Shown here piece by piece: positions 19,879-29,336 of a DNA stretch of 64,000 bases; within the stretch, counting starts at the first letter, position 1, and each line of letters begins with the position of its first letter. The notes beneath the pieces were generated by a model, which saw nothing but the letters and a program-made list of their open reading frames with translations, made no database searches and was not told where the DNA came from. This stretch comes from Spirochaetia bacterium (GTDB taxonomy: Bacteria; Spirochaetota; Spirochaetia; DSM-2461), in assembly GCA_963666985.2 (NCBI GenBank), contig CAXXIA010000001.1, forward strand, positions 672,001 through 736,000, written 5' to 3'. Both the position numbers and the translations under genes were made by a program.

Positions 19879-20862
19879 ATGAAAAATCATCCGGCATTTT
19901 CAACGGGCCTGTTTCTTATTTTAGGAGTCTTGACGATTATCGGCTGCAGCAGTCCTAACAATGGCGGTGGAACAACCTACAGCGCCGGAGATTCGGTATC
20001 CTACACCGGAGGTTCGGCAAGCTACACGATGAACTATGTGCCTTCCGGGTCTTTCACCATGGCCGAAGATATGAATAATTCTGATATCGTGCCGCATTCG
20101 GTAACTCTGACAAAGAGTTTCTGGATGGGAGAAACGGAAGTTACCCAATCCGTATGGGAAGCGGTTATGACGGACTGGCCGTCAACTGCTCCGAGAAGCG
20201 GTTACGGTGCAGGTGATGATTATCCCGCCTACTTTGTGAACTGGTTCGATGCGGTTGAGTTCTGTAACGCCTTGACAATTGCCGCAGAAGGCGGCAGTTC
20301 GAATTGTGTCTATTATTCGGACGACAGTTATACAACTCTTTATACTTCAAGCAACGCCGACAATGAAGAGGTTGCTTATGCCGATTTCAGTAAAACAGGC
20401 TTCCGTCTTCCCACGGAAGCCGAATGGGAATACGCGGCCCGCTGGATAGACGGCACAGACTGGAACGGCGGTGATCATGTCAGCGGCGATACAAGTGCGT
20501 CGTCTGGCGACTCGGAAGTGCTCGGTAATTATGCCTGGTATAGCGGTATTGCCAGCAGCCTCAGCCATGTTGTGGGAACAGCCGGGAACAGTGGAGGAGA
20601 GGCTTGCACCGGCAATGCCAATGCGCTTGGACTCTATGATATGAGCGGCAACGTCAACGAATGGTGTTACGACCGGTACGAGGCTTTTTCGGATGCTTCG
20701 GAAACCGATCCGAGTGGACCTGAAAGCGGCGAAAACCGTGTAATGCGTGGCGGCCATTACAACACCGTGGCAGCATATACGGTATGTGCCAGACGGTTTA
20801 ACGTTTCTCCCGAGAATCGCTCTGCCTACTATGGCTTTCGCCTTTGCAGAACGGCGGACTAA
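19879..20862 (+). CDS. Lipoprotein with FGE-sulfatase (SUMF1)/CLec-fold domain
   Basis: Lipobox IIG-C; TEVTQ, VNWFDA, FRLPTEAEWEYAAR, NALGLYDMSGNVNEWC, RVMRGG, GFRL. Confidence 0.9.
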   Translation: MKNHPAFSTGLFLILGVLTIIGCSSPNNGGGTTYSAGDSVSYTGGSASYTMNYVPSGSFTMAEDMNNSDIVPHSVTLTKSFWMGETEVTQSVWEAVMTDWPSTAPRSGYGAGDDYPAYFVNWFDAVEFCNALTIAAEGGSSNCVYYSDDSYTTLYTSSNADNEEVAYADFSKTGFRLPTEAEWEYAARWIDGTDWNGGDHVSGDTSASSGDSEVLGNYAWYSGIASSLSHVVGTAGNSGGEACTGNANALGLYDMSGNVNEWCYDRYEAFSDASETDPSGPESGENRVMRGGHYNTVAAYTVCARRFNVSPENRSAYYGFRLCRTAD

Positions 20863-20905
20863 TTCGTTCTTGTAGACCTAAGAATCTTTGCTTCTAAGCT
20901 CGGTT

Positions 20906-20930
20906 CACCGGAAACAGCCTGTTTCCGGTG
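20906..20930. repeat. Perfect inverted repeat downstream of the FGE/CLec gene
   Basis: caccggaaaca-gcc-tgtttccggtg (11-bp stem, 3-nt loop), no long U tract. Confidence 0.85.
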
Positions 20931-21021
20931 TTCTCACCGATGGGGAAGATGGCGCGGCTTTTATCATTGATGATGATTATCCGCGCGGACATCGGAGATG
21001 CGTAATCCCTTAAAGGCCATC

Positions 21022-22113
21022 TTACGTTCCGTCCTTTTTGAATCTCATGGGAGGGATTCCCGTTTCTTTTATGAAGGACCGGTAAAAAGAAGATGTGGAA
21101 TTGAAACCGACATGATAGGCAATCTCCGAAATATTTTTATCATTGCTCCCCAGAAGCATGGATTTGGCCTCTTCTATCCGGAAGAAATTGATATAGGAAT
21201 TAAAATTCTTGCGAATATCATTGTTCAGGATATGGGAGAGTTCATGGGGAGTGAGAGAGAGCCGCCTGCTCAGGGAATTGAGGGTAAGATCCGGCTGTCT
21301 GTAAAATTTAAAGTCTCTCATTAATTGGTCAAGGTTCATGCTTTTTGGATTAACGGTCCGACGTAACATGTCGGCTTTGCTTTTTCTTATCAGCCTGGTT
21401 TCTTTTATCACCTTTATTGTGTAGTCCGGATATCGAAAGGAGAAGAAAATAAAGCCCATGGGAAGGATGGATAGAACAATCAAGCTTAATTGCTGCAAAA
21501 CCCGATTCCCGACTAAGCCCGCTATCATCAGTAATGATGATGAGAGACTGAAAAAAATCAAAAAGAAGATTATCGACTTCGTTTCTTTGGTAATCTTTCG
21601 CTTTTTCAGGATGGAAATCGTCTTGCAGGCCGCCGCAAGAAAATAGACTGCAATGGAGAAATCCGCGATGGTGTTGATAACGAAGACGAGAGTGTTCGAC
21701 GAATAGTCGGGCAAGAGCGGGTATGAATCTTCATAGAGACTTCTTATGGAATCATTAAAAATATTCAGACTTATGATTGTTGCCAGAGAGGCAAGGAAGG
21801 GCAATCCATGGAGGATAACGGACTTGAACGGAATCTCTCCATCACCCATGAGAGCGGAAAAGTAAAGATACAGACTCGGTCCGATAAGAAAGGCGGCGGC
21901 TATTTCGGTATTCAACAGTAAAGGAACCGTCCTTAAGAGGCCGATGCTGTAACCCCAGAAATAGAGCATATTGTAGCCGCCGGCCCAAAACAAAAAGGCC
22001 AGGAAATAGTTGATCTGAAGTTTTTTCTTGAATATCAGCTGCTGTACTCCGATAAACGCGAACATCACAAAAATCATGAAGTACAGGTACTGATGTATTG
22101 TTTGATTCAACAT
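21022..22113 (-). CDS. Membrane-anchored AraC-family transcriptional regulator
   Basis: About 7 N-terminal TM segments; C-terminal FNSYINFFRIEEAK...IAYHVGFNSTSSFYRSF. Confidence 0.85.
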   Translation of the reverse strand: MLNQTIHQYLYFMIFVMFAFIGVQQLIFKKKLQINYFLAFLFWAGGYNMLYFWGYSIGLLRTVPLLLNTEIAAAFLIGPSLYLYFSALMGDGEIPFKSVILHGLPFLASLATIISLNIFNDSIRSLYEDSYPLLPDYSSNTLVFVINTIADFSIAVYFLAAACKTISILKKRKITKETKSIIFFLIFFSLSSSLLMIAGLVGNRVLQQLSLIVLSILPMGFIFFSFRYPDYTIKVIKETRLIRKSKADMLRRTVNPKSMNLDQLMRDFKFYRQPDLTLNSLSRRLSLTPHELSHILNNDIRKNFNSYINFFRIEEAKSMLLGSNDKNISEIAYHVGFNSTSSFYRSFIKETGIPPMRFKKDGT

Positions 22114-22286
22114 TATTCAATAACCCGCATTATACTCCGGAGTTAAGGGACGCAAAAAGAATTATGTACGGTTTTTTACTTCCCCCGGAATCGTTAGAAT
22201 ATGATTATTCCGGAACCCAGAGCCGCAGCCGAGGCCGCCGACACGGAATAAGCACGAATAGTATAATATTCATCGAGGTACGCTGG

Positions 22287-22622
22287 ATGCAGATTATAGG
22301 AACGGCGAAATGCCGGGATACAAAGAAATGCCGCTTATGGTTCGATCAGCGCGGAATCACCTATCATTTTGTCGATTTGGCCAAGCGTACTTTGAGCACG
22401 GGCGAATTGAAGGCCATAGCCGCAAAAACGGCATGGGACGATTTGATCGACAAAGAGGGGAAGGCCTGGGCCGAAAAGCAGCTTGAATGGAAAGAATATG
22501 ATGCCTTCGAAGAGTTGGAGGAAGATATTCGCCTGTTGAAGACTCCTGTGGTTCGCGAAGGGAAAGAAGTCGTCATCGGATATAATCCGGAAGCCTGGAG
22601 CGTAATAGCCGGGAAGAGGTAA
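22287..22622 (+). CDS. ArsC/Spx/MgsR family thioredoxin-fold protein
   Basis: MQIIGTAKCRDTKK...LLKTPVVR...IG pattern. Confidence 0.8.
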   Translation: MQIIGTAKCRDTKKCRLWFDQRGITYHFVDLAKRTLSTGELKAIAAKTAWDDLIDKEGKAWAEKQLEWKEYDAFEELEEDIRLLKTPVVREGKEVVIGYNPEAWSVIAGKR

Positions 22623-22790
22623 TTTCATAATTCATGAAATTGCTTCAATCCGATGGAGGAAACCCTTCCGGATTCGTTTTTGAAGGACTTTGATTTAAAA
22701 ATCGCTGATTTTTTGAATCGCCTCGGGAAGATAACAAAGTTGGGATAAAACGGTCATGCTGCGGCCGACTGGAGATTAAGGAGAGGAAGG

Positions 22791-24809
22791 ATGAGCGAGA
22801 GAGCTCAAAGATTTTACGCGGGATTCGCGTCGGTTTGGGAAAACCTGGAATCTGCCGGGGATGAGCCGTCAAAAGCCGCAAAAGCTTTTTTGAACGCCCT
22901 TGCGGGAACAGGTGATGATCAAAACCTTCCCTCTCCGTTTCAGCATGCCGTCTCGGCGGTTCATGCCGAGTTTGACGCGGCTCTTGCATCGGACCGGAAA
23001 GCGGCGTTCGAAGCCCTGGAATCGGCGCTGAAAAAGGGGTTCGAACCGACTCAAAACGGCGTAAAAACACTATGGAGAGTGTTTTTTCCGGAAGCTCTGC
23101 ATTTAAATGAAAATCCGGATGTCCAAATACCTCTCTTGAGGGCCGAACGAACAGTCGATCTCCGCGACCTCTGTGAAGATTCGATTGAGGATGCCGCCGC
23201 CGAGATTGTCTTTACATCCAATGTTCTTCTCTCCCCGCCTGCGGCGAACGGCAAAGAAGCGCAAGACGAGCGGGAAAATCCGCCGGCCCAAGGCGGTGAA
23301 TCGATCGAGACACAAAGTTTTGCCGACAAGAATAGCTCGGAGATAATCAGGGGCGCGGCCGATGCCTCTCGTGAAAAGCAGCTTTACTGGTACGATCACC
23401 CGATTCCCATTGGTACGGACATTCGATCCGATGAAGCCGTGTACGGACTTAAAGGGCTTTCCGAGGCCTTCGCGTATGAGAAACTACGCGCCGCGACTCC
23501 TTTCTCCGGCCGAATGACGGTTCTCCTTTCGGTATCCGTAACACACGCGGGACTTCACAAATGGGCCAAACCCTGGCTGAAATCGCAGATGGAACGCCTT
23601 GAAGAAAATGAACTTCAGAACCTGGATGTGTTCGCGTTCACCGAGGAGGATACCGACCGAATCATCGAGATTCTCGAACCTTGGCTGGATGAACATGTCG
23701 GAAGTGAATCTTTAAAGAAGGCCTTCGGCGTGGACGGAGAGTACGGACGTCACTACACCTTTCTGAAGGCCTTGCCCGCGCTGTACTCCATACTGGCGGA
23801 TTCGCGGAAAAAGGCGACCTTCAAAATAGACCTCGACCAGGTGTTTCCCCAGGAAGAACTGACGGCGGAAACCGGAAAAAGCGCTTTCGAGCATTTTAAA
23901 ACACCGCTGTGGGGAGCCGTCGGAACGGATGCCGAGGGACGTTCGGTGGAACTCGGAATGATCGCCGGAGCTTTGGTGAACGAGAAAGACATCGCCGCCG
24001 GTCTGTTCACGCCGGATATTCCCTGGCCGTCCGATATCCCCGAAGGCGAGGATTTGCTTTTTTTCAAGCAGCGCCCCATGGCCGTCTCCACCCGGGCCGA
24101 ACTGATGACGCGATACGGTCATGAAGGTTCTCCGGATGGTCTCGATAAGGCACTGCACCGCATTCATGTAACGGGCGGTACCAATGGTATCCGTTTCGAC
24201 GCCCTGAGGCGCCATAAACCGTTTACTCCTTCGTTCGTCGGACGCGCCGAAGATCAGGCCTTTATTCTTTCCGTTTTATTCGGCGGCGAAAAATCGGCTC
24301 TCCGATACGTTCATGCCTCCGGTCTTTTCATGAGGCACGACAAGGAGGCCTTCGCTTCTTCCGCGATAAAGGCGGGGAAAGCGGGATCTTATGTCGGAGA
24401 TTTGGTTCGAATTTTCATCTTCAGCAAGTACGCTTCTTTTCTTCCCGGTGGACGTTCTTCCGTAAAGGACATCGTCGATCCGTTTACCGGCTGCTTCATT
24501 ACGGATTTGCCCGCAACACTGTCTCTTTTAAGACTCGCGTTCCGTCTTCTTACCGCCGACGGCGGAAGCACGGATGAACGTTCGGAGCTTTTGGAATTGG
24601 CCGGAAGACGGCTTGGTCCGTGGATTCTTGATGAGAAGAGGAATACCGATTCTCTCAAGGAAACATTCAAAGCCGAGCGGATTGCCTGGGATGCTTATTA
24701 TCGGGCGCTTGATGTTTTGGAGGATCATCTCGCGAAAGGGCGGGATACGGCACTCAAAGCGTCCGCCGATTTTCGGAATCTTCTCGAAAACTGCCGAATC
24801 GCGGGTTGA
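22791..24809 (+). CDS. Hypothetical protein with GT-A-like motif series
   Basis: 672-aa ORF with SD; WYDHPIPIG, KIDLDQ, TGGTNG, RAEDQ, RHDK. Confidence 0.7.
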   Translation: MSERAQRFYAGFASVWENLESAGDEPSKAAKAFLNALAGTGDDQNLPSPFQHAVSAVHAEFDAALASDRKAAFEALESALKKGFEPTQNGVKTLWRVFFPEALHLNENPDVQIPLLRAERTVDLRDLCEDSIEDAAAEIVFTSNVLLSPPAANGKEAQDERENPPAQGGESIETQSFADKNSSEIIRGAADASREKQLYWYDHPIPIGTDIRSDEAVYGLKGLSEAFAYEKLRAATPFSGRMTVLLSVSVTHAGLHKWAKPWLKSQMERLEENELQNLDVFAFTEEDTDRIIEILEPWLDEHVGSESLKKAFGVDGEYGRHYTFLKALPALYSILADSRKKATFKIDLDQVFPQEELTAETGKSAFEHFKTPLWGAVGTDAEGRSVELGMIAGALVNEKDIAAGLFTPDIPWPSDIPEGEDLLFFKQRPMAVSTRAELMTRYGHEGSPDGLDKALHRIHVTGGTNGIRFDALRRHKPFTPSFVGRAEDQAFILSVLFGGEKSALRYVHASGLFMRHDKEAFASSAIKAGKAGSYVGDLVRIFIFSKYASFLPGGRSSVKDIVDPFTGCFITDLPATLSLLRLAFRLLTADGGSTDERSELLELAGRRLGPWILDEKRNTDSLKETFKAERIAWDAYYRALDVLEDHLAKGRDTALKASADFRNLLENCRIAG

Positions 24810-24813
24810 TTCC

Positions 24814-25662
24814 ATGGCACAGGTTCAATGGTTCCCCGGCCATATGGCCAAAACAAAACGGCTCATTCAGGAAAACCTGAAGCGTGTCGATCTCGTTATT
24901 GAAGTTCTCGACGCACGCGCTCCTTTATCCAGCGGTAATCCTCTGTTGAGAACAATCATCGAATCCAAGCCGAGAGTGGCGGTTCTGAATAAGGACGATC
25001 TTGCCGATGCGGCGGCAACGGCGCTGTGGAGCGACGAATTCCTCAAAGACGGGAAGACTGTTCCGGTCAGGGTATCTGCCTCAACGCGCAAAGGGCTGCA
25101 TGAGATTTCGAAAGTAAGCCGGGAATTATGCAAAGACGCTGCATGGCTTGCCCGCCGTCCGGTTCGCGCCCTCATCGTCGGAATCCCAAACGTCGGTAAA
25201 TCCACACTTATCAACGCCCTGGCCGGAAAAAGGAAAGTGGAGGCCGGAGCGACTCCCGGTTTAACGCGCGATTTACGGAGGATTCCCGTGAACAGGGGAT
25301 TTGAACTCTTTGATACGCCGGGACTCCTTTGGCATAAATTTGAAAATCCCGTTACAGGACTCATTCTGGCCTCCCTCGGGGCCGTTAAGGAAACGATACT
25401 TCCGGAAGAGGAAGTCACCGGGAAGTTCCTGGCTTATCTGGCGTACCGATATCCGGATGTTCTCAAAGCGCATTACGGAATGGACGATCTTCCCCAAACC
25501 CCGCATGAGCTTGTCGAGGCCGTCGGACGAAAGAGAGGATGTCTGATGGGAGGCGGGAAGATTGACGGCCAAAGGACTTGTCAGATGGTTCTTAAAGACC
25601 TGCGCGCGGGACGTTTCGGCGCGGTGAGTCTGGAATGGCCGGACGGACTGGGCTGGTCTTAA
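24814..25662 (+). CDS. rbgA: Ribosome biogenesis GTPase RbgA/YlqF
   Basis: QWFPGHMAK, DARAP, NKDD, GIPNVGKS, DTPG. Confidence 0.95.
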   Translation: MAQVQWFPGHMAKTKRLIQENLKRVDLVIEVLDARAPLSSGNPLLRTIIESKPRVAVLNKDDLADAAATALWSDEFLKDGKTVPVRVSASTRKGLHEISKVSRELCKDAAWLARRPVRALIVGIPNVGKSTLINALAGKRKVEAGATPGLTRDLRRIPVNRGFELFDTPGLLWHKFENPVTGLILASLGAVKETILPEEEVTGKFLAYLAYRYPDVLKAHYGMDDLPQTPHELVEAVGRKRGCLMGGGKIDGQRTCQMVLKDLRAGRFGAVSLEWPDGLGWS

Positions 25663-25729
25663 GAGGCGTCCTAAGAGCTCCGGCAGTTCCGCCGTCATCA
25701 AAAAAGGGAATGAAGGAACTTCTTCGGGC

Positions 25730-26779
25730 TTAATTCCCGCCGCCGGGCCGGGCGACGACACGCCATTCTCCGTGATCGTCGGGCTCGATAAGAAATACCA
25801 GGTATCCGAGGTTTTCGGGAATGAATCCTGAAAATCGTTCATTCCGTCCCATAAACAGCCAGGAGTTTTCTCCCGGTCTCCAGGGTCTTTGTTCGTCGAA
25901 CCACTCGGGGAAGAGCTGCGCGAAGGTTTCCGCGGGATAGATTTTATAATCGAATCGGCGTTTGTAATCTTCGAGAGACGCGACTCCCGGAATCCCGGTG
26001 GGAGGATTCAATCGATATTTGGCTATGGCCGTTCCGTCGTCCAGCGACCTGACCGGGTCGGCTTGCAGGCGATAATAGGAGGGAAGATCTCCCAGCAAAC
26101 AGGATTCCACGAACGAAAGGGCGAACGTCAAAGCGGCCCGGGGACTTAGATCCGGATCGACCGCATCGAAATCGGCTCTTGAAGAGGGTCCGGAATCATT
26201 ACGGACGGTGGGCAGAGGCTTCACATAGGCCAATTGAACATTCGGGGCCGAGGGGGAGGCCTGCCGAGCCTTGTTCGGATCGGCAGTATCCCAGGTTTCC
26301 AGAACGACGGAATAGAGTTTCCCCGTCAGCGGACGGCGCGGCGGAGCTACGAGACGAACTTCGATCAGTTCCTTCCCGCGTCCGAGTTTTGCCGAGTCTT
26401 CCGATTCATACCAATTCGAATAGGATACGGCGCGGGTATCGGTTCCCTCGGACCAAGGATGCGTAAATGTCGGCGCTGATTCGGCGCCGCGGAGCCGGAT
26501 TTGAACGGTTGCCTGACCTCCGGCGCGTTCGTGCTCGTAAGAGGATTCGAGCCGCCATTTCCGAGTTTCACCGGGCATTAACGAAGGAATGTCCGCCGTA
26601 TCCCAATCCACCGTACCGATGGGCATCCATCCCCGTTCGCTGCTGAGGAGCAGGGGTGTGGAATCATCGCCGAAGAGAGTCAGGCTGTTTGTCGGACGGG
26701 TTTGATCGTCGGCGGATGCGAAGGCTGTCAGGACCGCGATCATCACGGCGGCCGAAAGGTATCGGTTTAAGCTGGGCAT
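25730..26779 (-). CDS. Secreted hypothetical protein
   Basis: 349-aa ORF, GAGGTG SD, signal peptide ending AFASA. Confidence 0.7.
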   Translation of the reverse strand: MPSLNRYLSAAVMIAVLTAFASADDQTRPTNSLTLFGDDSTPLLLSSERGWMPIGTVDWDTADIPSLMPGETRKWRLESSYEHERAGGQATVQIRLRGAESAPTFTHPWSEGTDTRAVSYSNWYESEDSAKLGRGKELIEVRLVAPPRRPLTGKLYSVVLETWDTADPNKARQASPSAPNVQLAYVKPLPTVRNDSGPSSRADFDAVDPDLSPRAALTFALSFVESCLLGDLPSYYRLQADPVRSLDDGTAIAKYRLNPPTGIPGVASLEDYKRRFDYKIYPAETFAQLFPEWFDEQRPWRPGENSWLFMGRNERFSGFIPENLGYLVFLIEPDDHGEWRVVARPGGGN

Positions 26780-26835
26780 GTTCTTTCACCTCATTTCCAT
26801 CATCGGATGGAAATGGGCGAAACTGAGTTTTCAGA

Positions 26836-26867
26836 CATGACTGACGCCACATATGGCGTCAGTCATG
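26836..26867. repeat. 14-bp stem hairpin immediately after ilvN stop
   Basis: catgactgacgcca-cata-tggcgtcagtcatg. Confidence 0.85.
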
Positions 26868-26868
26868 C

Positions 26869-27369
26869 TTATGCCGTGGCTTCGCTTCCTCGGCTCATCA
26901 GGACTTTCCCGGTTCTTACGAGTTCGCTGATGCCGTAAGGAGCCATCATTTTGGAAAATGCGTCGACTTTCGAAGAATTCCCCGTAATCTGAACGGTGAT
27001 GGTATCGTCGCCGATATCGATGGTCTGTCCTCTGAAGGTATCGGAGATTTGGAGGATTTCCGTTCTTTTATCGGGCGTGCAGTTGACCTTGAAAAGGGCG
27101 AGTTCCCGCTGAATAACATCGTCGGCCGCATGGTCGACGGCGTGGATAACGTCCACCAGCCGATTGAGTTGGGTCAGCATGAGATGGAGCGTTTTATCGC
27201 TGCCGGTGGCCTCGATGGTCATTCTTGAGAATTCGGGTGTGAGTCCCTGGGAAACGACGAGACTGTCGATGTTGAATCCCCTGCGGGCGAAAACCAAGGC
27301 GATTCGGGTCAGCACACCCGGTTTGTTGCTCACATTAAGACTGATCGTATGCTTTTTCGACTGTTCCAT
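26869..27369 (-). CDS. ilvN: Acetolactate synthase small subunit
   Basis: NKPGVLTRIALVFARRGFNIDSL ACT domain, ELVRTG. Confidence 0.95.
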   Translation of the reverse strand: MEQSKKHTISLNVSNKPGVLTRIALVFARRGFNIDSLVVSQGLTPEFSRMTIEATGSDKTLHLMLTQLNRLVDVIHAVDHAADDVIQRELALFKVNCTPDKRTEILQISDTFRGQTIDIGDDTITVQITGNSSKVDAFSKMMAPYGISELVRTGKVLMSRGSEATA

Positions 27370-27372
27370 CCC

Positions 27373-29082
27373 TTAATCCTCCTCGACGCTTTTCTTACGG
27401 CGCGGCGCTTCTATAATCATCTCGTCGAGTGTCGCCCCGGCGGGAACCATCGGGAATACATTATCATGCCGTTCCACGACCGCTTCGATAAGACAGGGGC
27501 CTTTGTTCCAATCCATGGCGGCTTTCAGGGTTTTTCGGACATCGGAGCTTCGCTTCACTCTGAATCCTTTAATCCCGTAAGCGGAGGCCAGTTTGACGAA
27601 ATCGGGATTTCCCTCAAGATCAACACCGGTCAGACGGTCTTCGAAGAACAAGTGCTGCCATTGACGCACCATGCCGAGATACCTGTTGTTGATAATGAGA
27701 ACTTTGATGGGAAGGTTGTTCACCGCCGCCGTCGCCAATTCGCAGAGAGTCATCTGGAAGCTGCCGTCGCCGACAATGCTGAAAACCGTTGCTTCGGGTC
27801 TGGCAAGCTGAGCGCCGATGGCCGAAGGAAGACCGAAGCCCATGGTTCCGGCACCTCCGGATGTAATCCAGTTGCACCCCTTTGTGGACTTGACGAAGTG
27901 GGCGGCCCACATCTGGTGCTGACCCACGTCGGTGGTGGCGATGGCTTCGGTTCCGGCCATGTCCGCGAGTTCCTCGATAATGTGCTGGGCCCGAAGCTTT
28001 CCTTCTTTACGGTATTTCAGCGGATAGTCGTGCTTCCAGCGGTCGATTTGTTTGAGCCAGCGGCTTGTATCTCCCGCCTCCAGCATGGGCAGCAGCTTGG
28101 TGAGCGAGGCTTTGGCGTCGCCCAGAACGGCGCATTCGACGGGAATGATTTTGCCGATTTCCACCGGATCGATGTCGAAGTGGATTTTTCTGGCATGGGG
28201 ACAGAATTTCTCCGGTATCCCCGTTATCCGATCGTCCCATCTTCCGCCGATGCAGATAATCAGATCGCTTCCCGAAAGAGCTTTGTTCGCATAGGCGGTG
28301 CCGTGCATTCCGGGCATCCCCAGGCAAAGTTCATGGGTATCGGGGAAAGATCCTTTTCCCAGAAGCGTGGTGGTAACAGGAATGGCCATTTTTTCGGCGA
28401 GGGCCGTCAGTTCTTCGGCCGCGTTCGAAAGAATAACGCCGTGGCCCGCCATAATGACCGGCCGAGTCGCCCGTTTCATGAGCGCCGCGGCTTCTTCCAG
28501 AGACTCTTCACTCGCCGTGGGAATGTCGCCGAATCCGGGAAGATTCCGCTTTTTTTCCACCGAAGGGTCAATCAAAGCGGCCGAAATATCTTTGGGAACG
28601 TCGATCAGCACGGGCCCCGGTCTTCCCGATGTGGCGATATGAAGGGCTTCTCTGACGATTCTTCCGGCGTCTTGAGGATCGGTGATCATGTAGGAGTGCT
28701 TCACGGCGGGGAAGGACATGCCGAGAATGTCGGCTTCCTGAAAAGCGTCCAGACCGATATTCGGCGTAACGGCTTGTCCCGTAATCACGATGATCGGAAC
28801 CGAATCCATCATGGCGGTCAGAATCCCGGTGAGTGTGTTCGTGGCGCCCGGGCCCGAAGTAACGCAAACGACTCCCGGCTTACCGCTTGCACGGGCATAT
28901 CCGTCGGCCATATGCACGGCGCCCTGTTCATGTCTGGTGAGGATGAGGTTCAAGGGGTGATTTGTCAGGGCGTCGTAAATGGGGATTGAATTCCCACCCG
29001 GAATGCCGAAGACATGCCGGACACCGTTTTCATAAAGGACATCAAGCATTACTTCGGCCGAGGTTTTCATATTCGCAGGCAT
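27373..29082 (-). CDS. ilvB: Acetolactate synthase large subunit
   Basis: RHEQGAVHMADGYAR, TSGPGATN, GMPGMHG, TDVGQHQMW, GDGSFQM, LGMVRQWQ. Confidence 0.95.
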   Translation of the reverse strand: MPANMKTSAEVMLDVLYENGVRHVFGIPGGNSIPIYDALTNHPLNLILTRHEQGAVHMADGYARASGKPGVVCVTSGPGATNTLTGILTAMMDSVPIIVITGQAVTPNIGLDAFQEADILGMSFPAVKHSYMITDPQDAGRIVREALHIATSGRPGPVLIDVPKDISAALIDPSVEKKRNLPGFGDIPTASEESLEEAAALMKRATRPVIMAGHGVILSNAAEELTALAEKMAIPVTTTLLGKGSFPDTHELCLGMPGMHGTAYANKALSGSDLIICIGGRWDDRITGIPEKFCPHARKIHFDIDPVEIGKIIPVECAVLGDAKASLTKLLPMLEAGDTSRWLKQIDRWKHDYPLKYRKEGKLRAQHIIEELADMAGTEAIATTDVGQHQMWAAHFVKSTKGCNWITSGGAGTMGFGLPSAIGAQLARPEATVFSIVGDGSFQMTLCELATAAVNNLPIKVLIINNRYLGMVRQWQHLFFEDRLTGVDLEGNPDFVKLASAYGIKGFRVKRSSDVRKTLKAAMDWNKGPCLIEAVVERHDNVFPMVPAGATLDEMIIEAPRRKKSVEED

Positions 29083-29103
29083 GTATTCCTCCAAGTTCCG
29101 CAG

Positions 29104-29132
29104 ATAATAGTGTTATAAAACGGGGCGGTCAA
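29104..29132 (-). promoter_or_regulatory. Sigma70-type promoter of ilvBN
   Basis: TTGACC-N17-TATTAT on minus strand. Confidence 0.6.
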
Positions 29133-29336
29133 CAGCGGTGATTGAAATTTGAGCAAAAGATGGTTGGAAAATCAGCTATTTCACTCAAAGTGCGCAAAAT
29201 ATCAAGAAAAAACGGTTCGAGAATCCCGTGAAAGCGGATCAATGATGATTAATATACTTATTAAGGTGCATGAAAACTTCCGGTCCCCTTAACAGGCGAC
29301 GGCCAATGCGATTATAGTGATTTCCGGAGTATTTAA

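Noticed and set aside
24574..24813. N-terminal extension of RbgA
   Set aside because: Overlaps the preceding gene; conserved start MAQVQWFPGH is at 24814
27349..28989. 546-aa plus-strand ORF
   Set aside because: Antisense shadow of ilvB; no recognisable motifs; explained by codon bias
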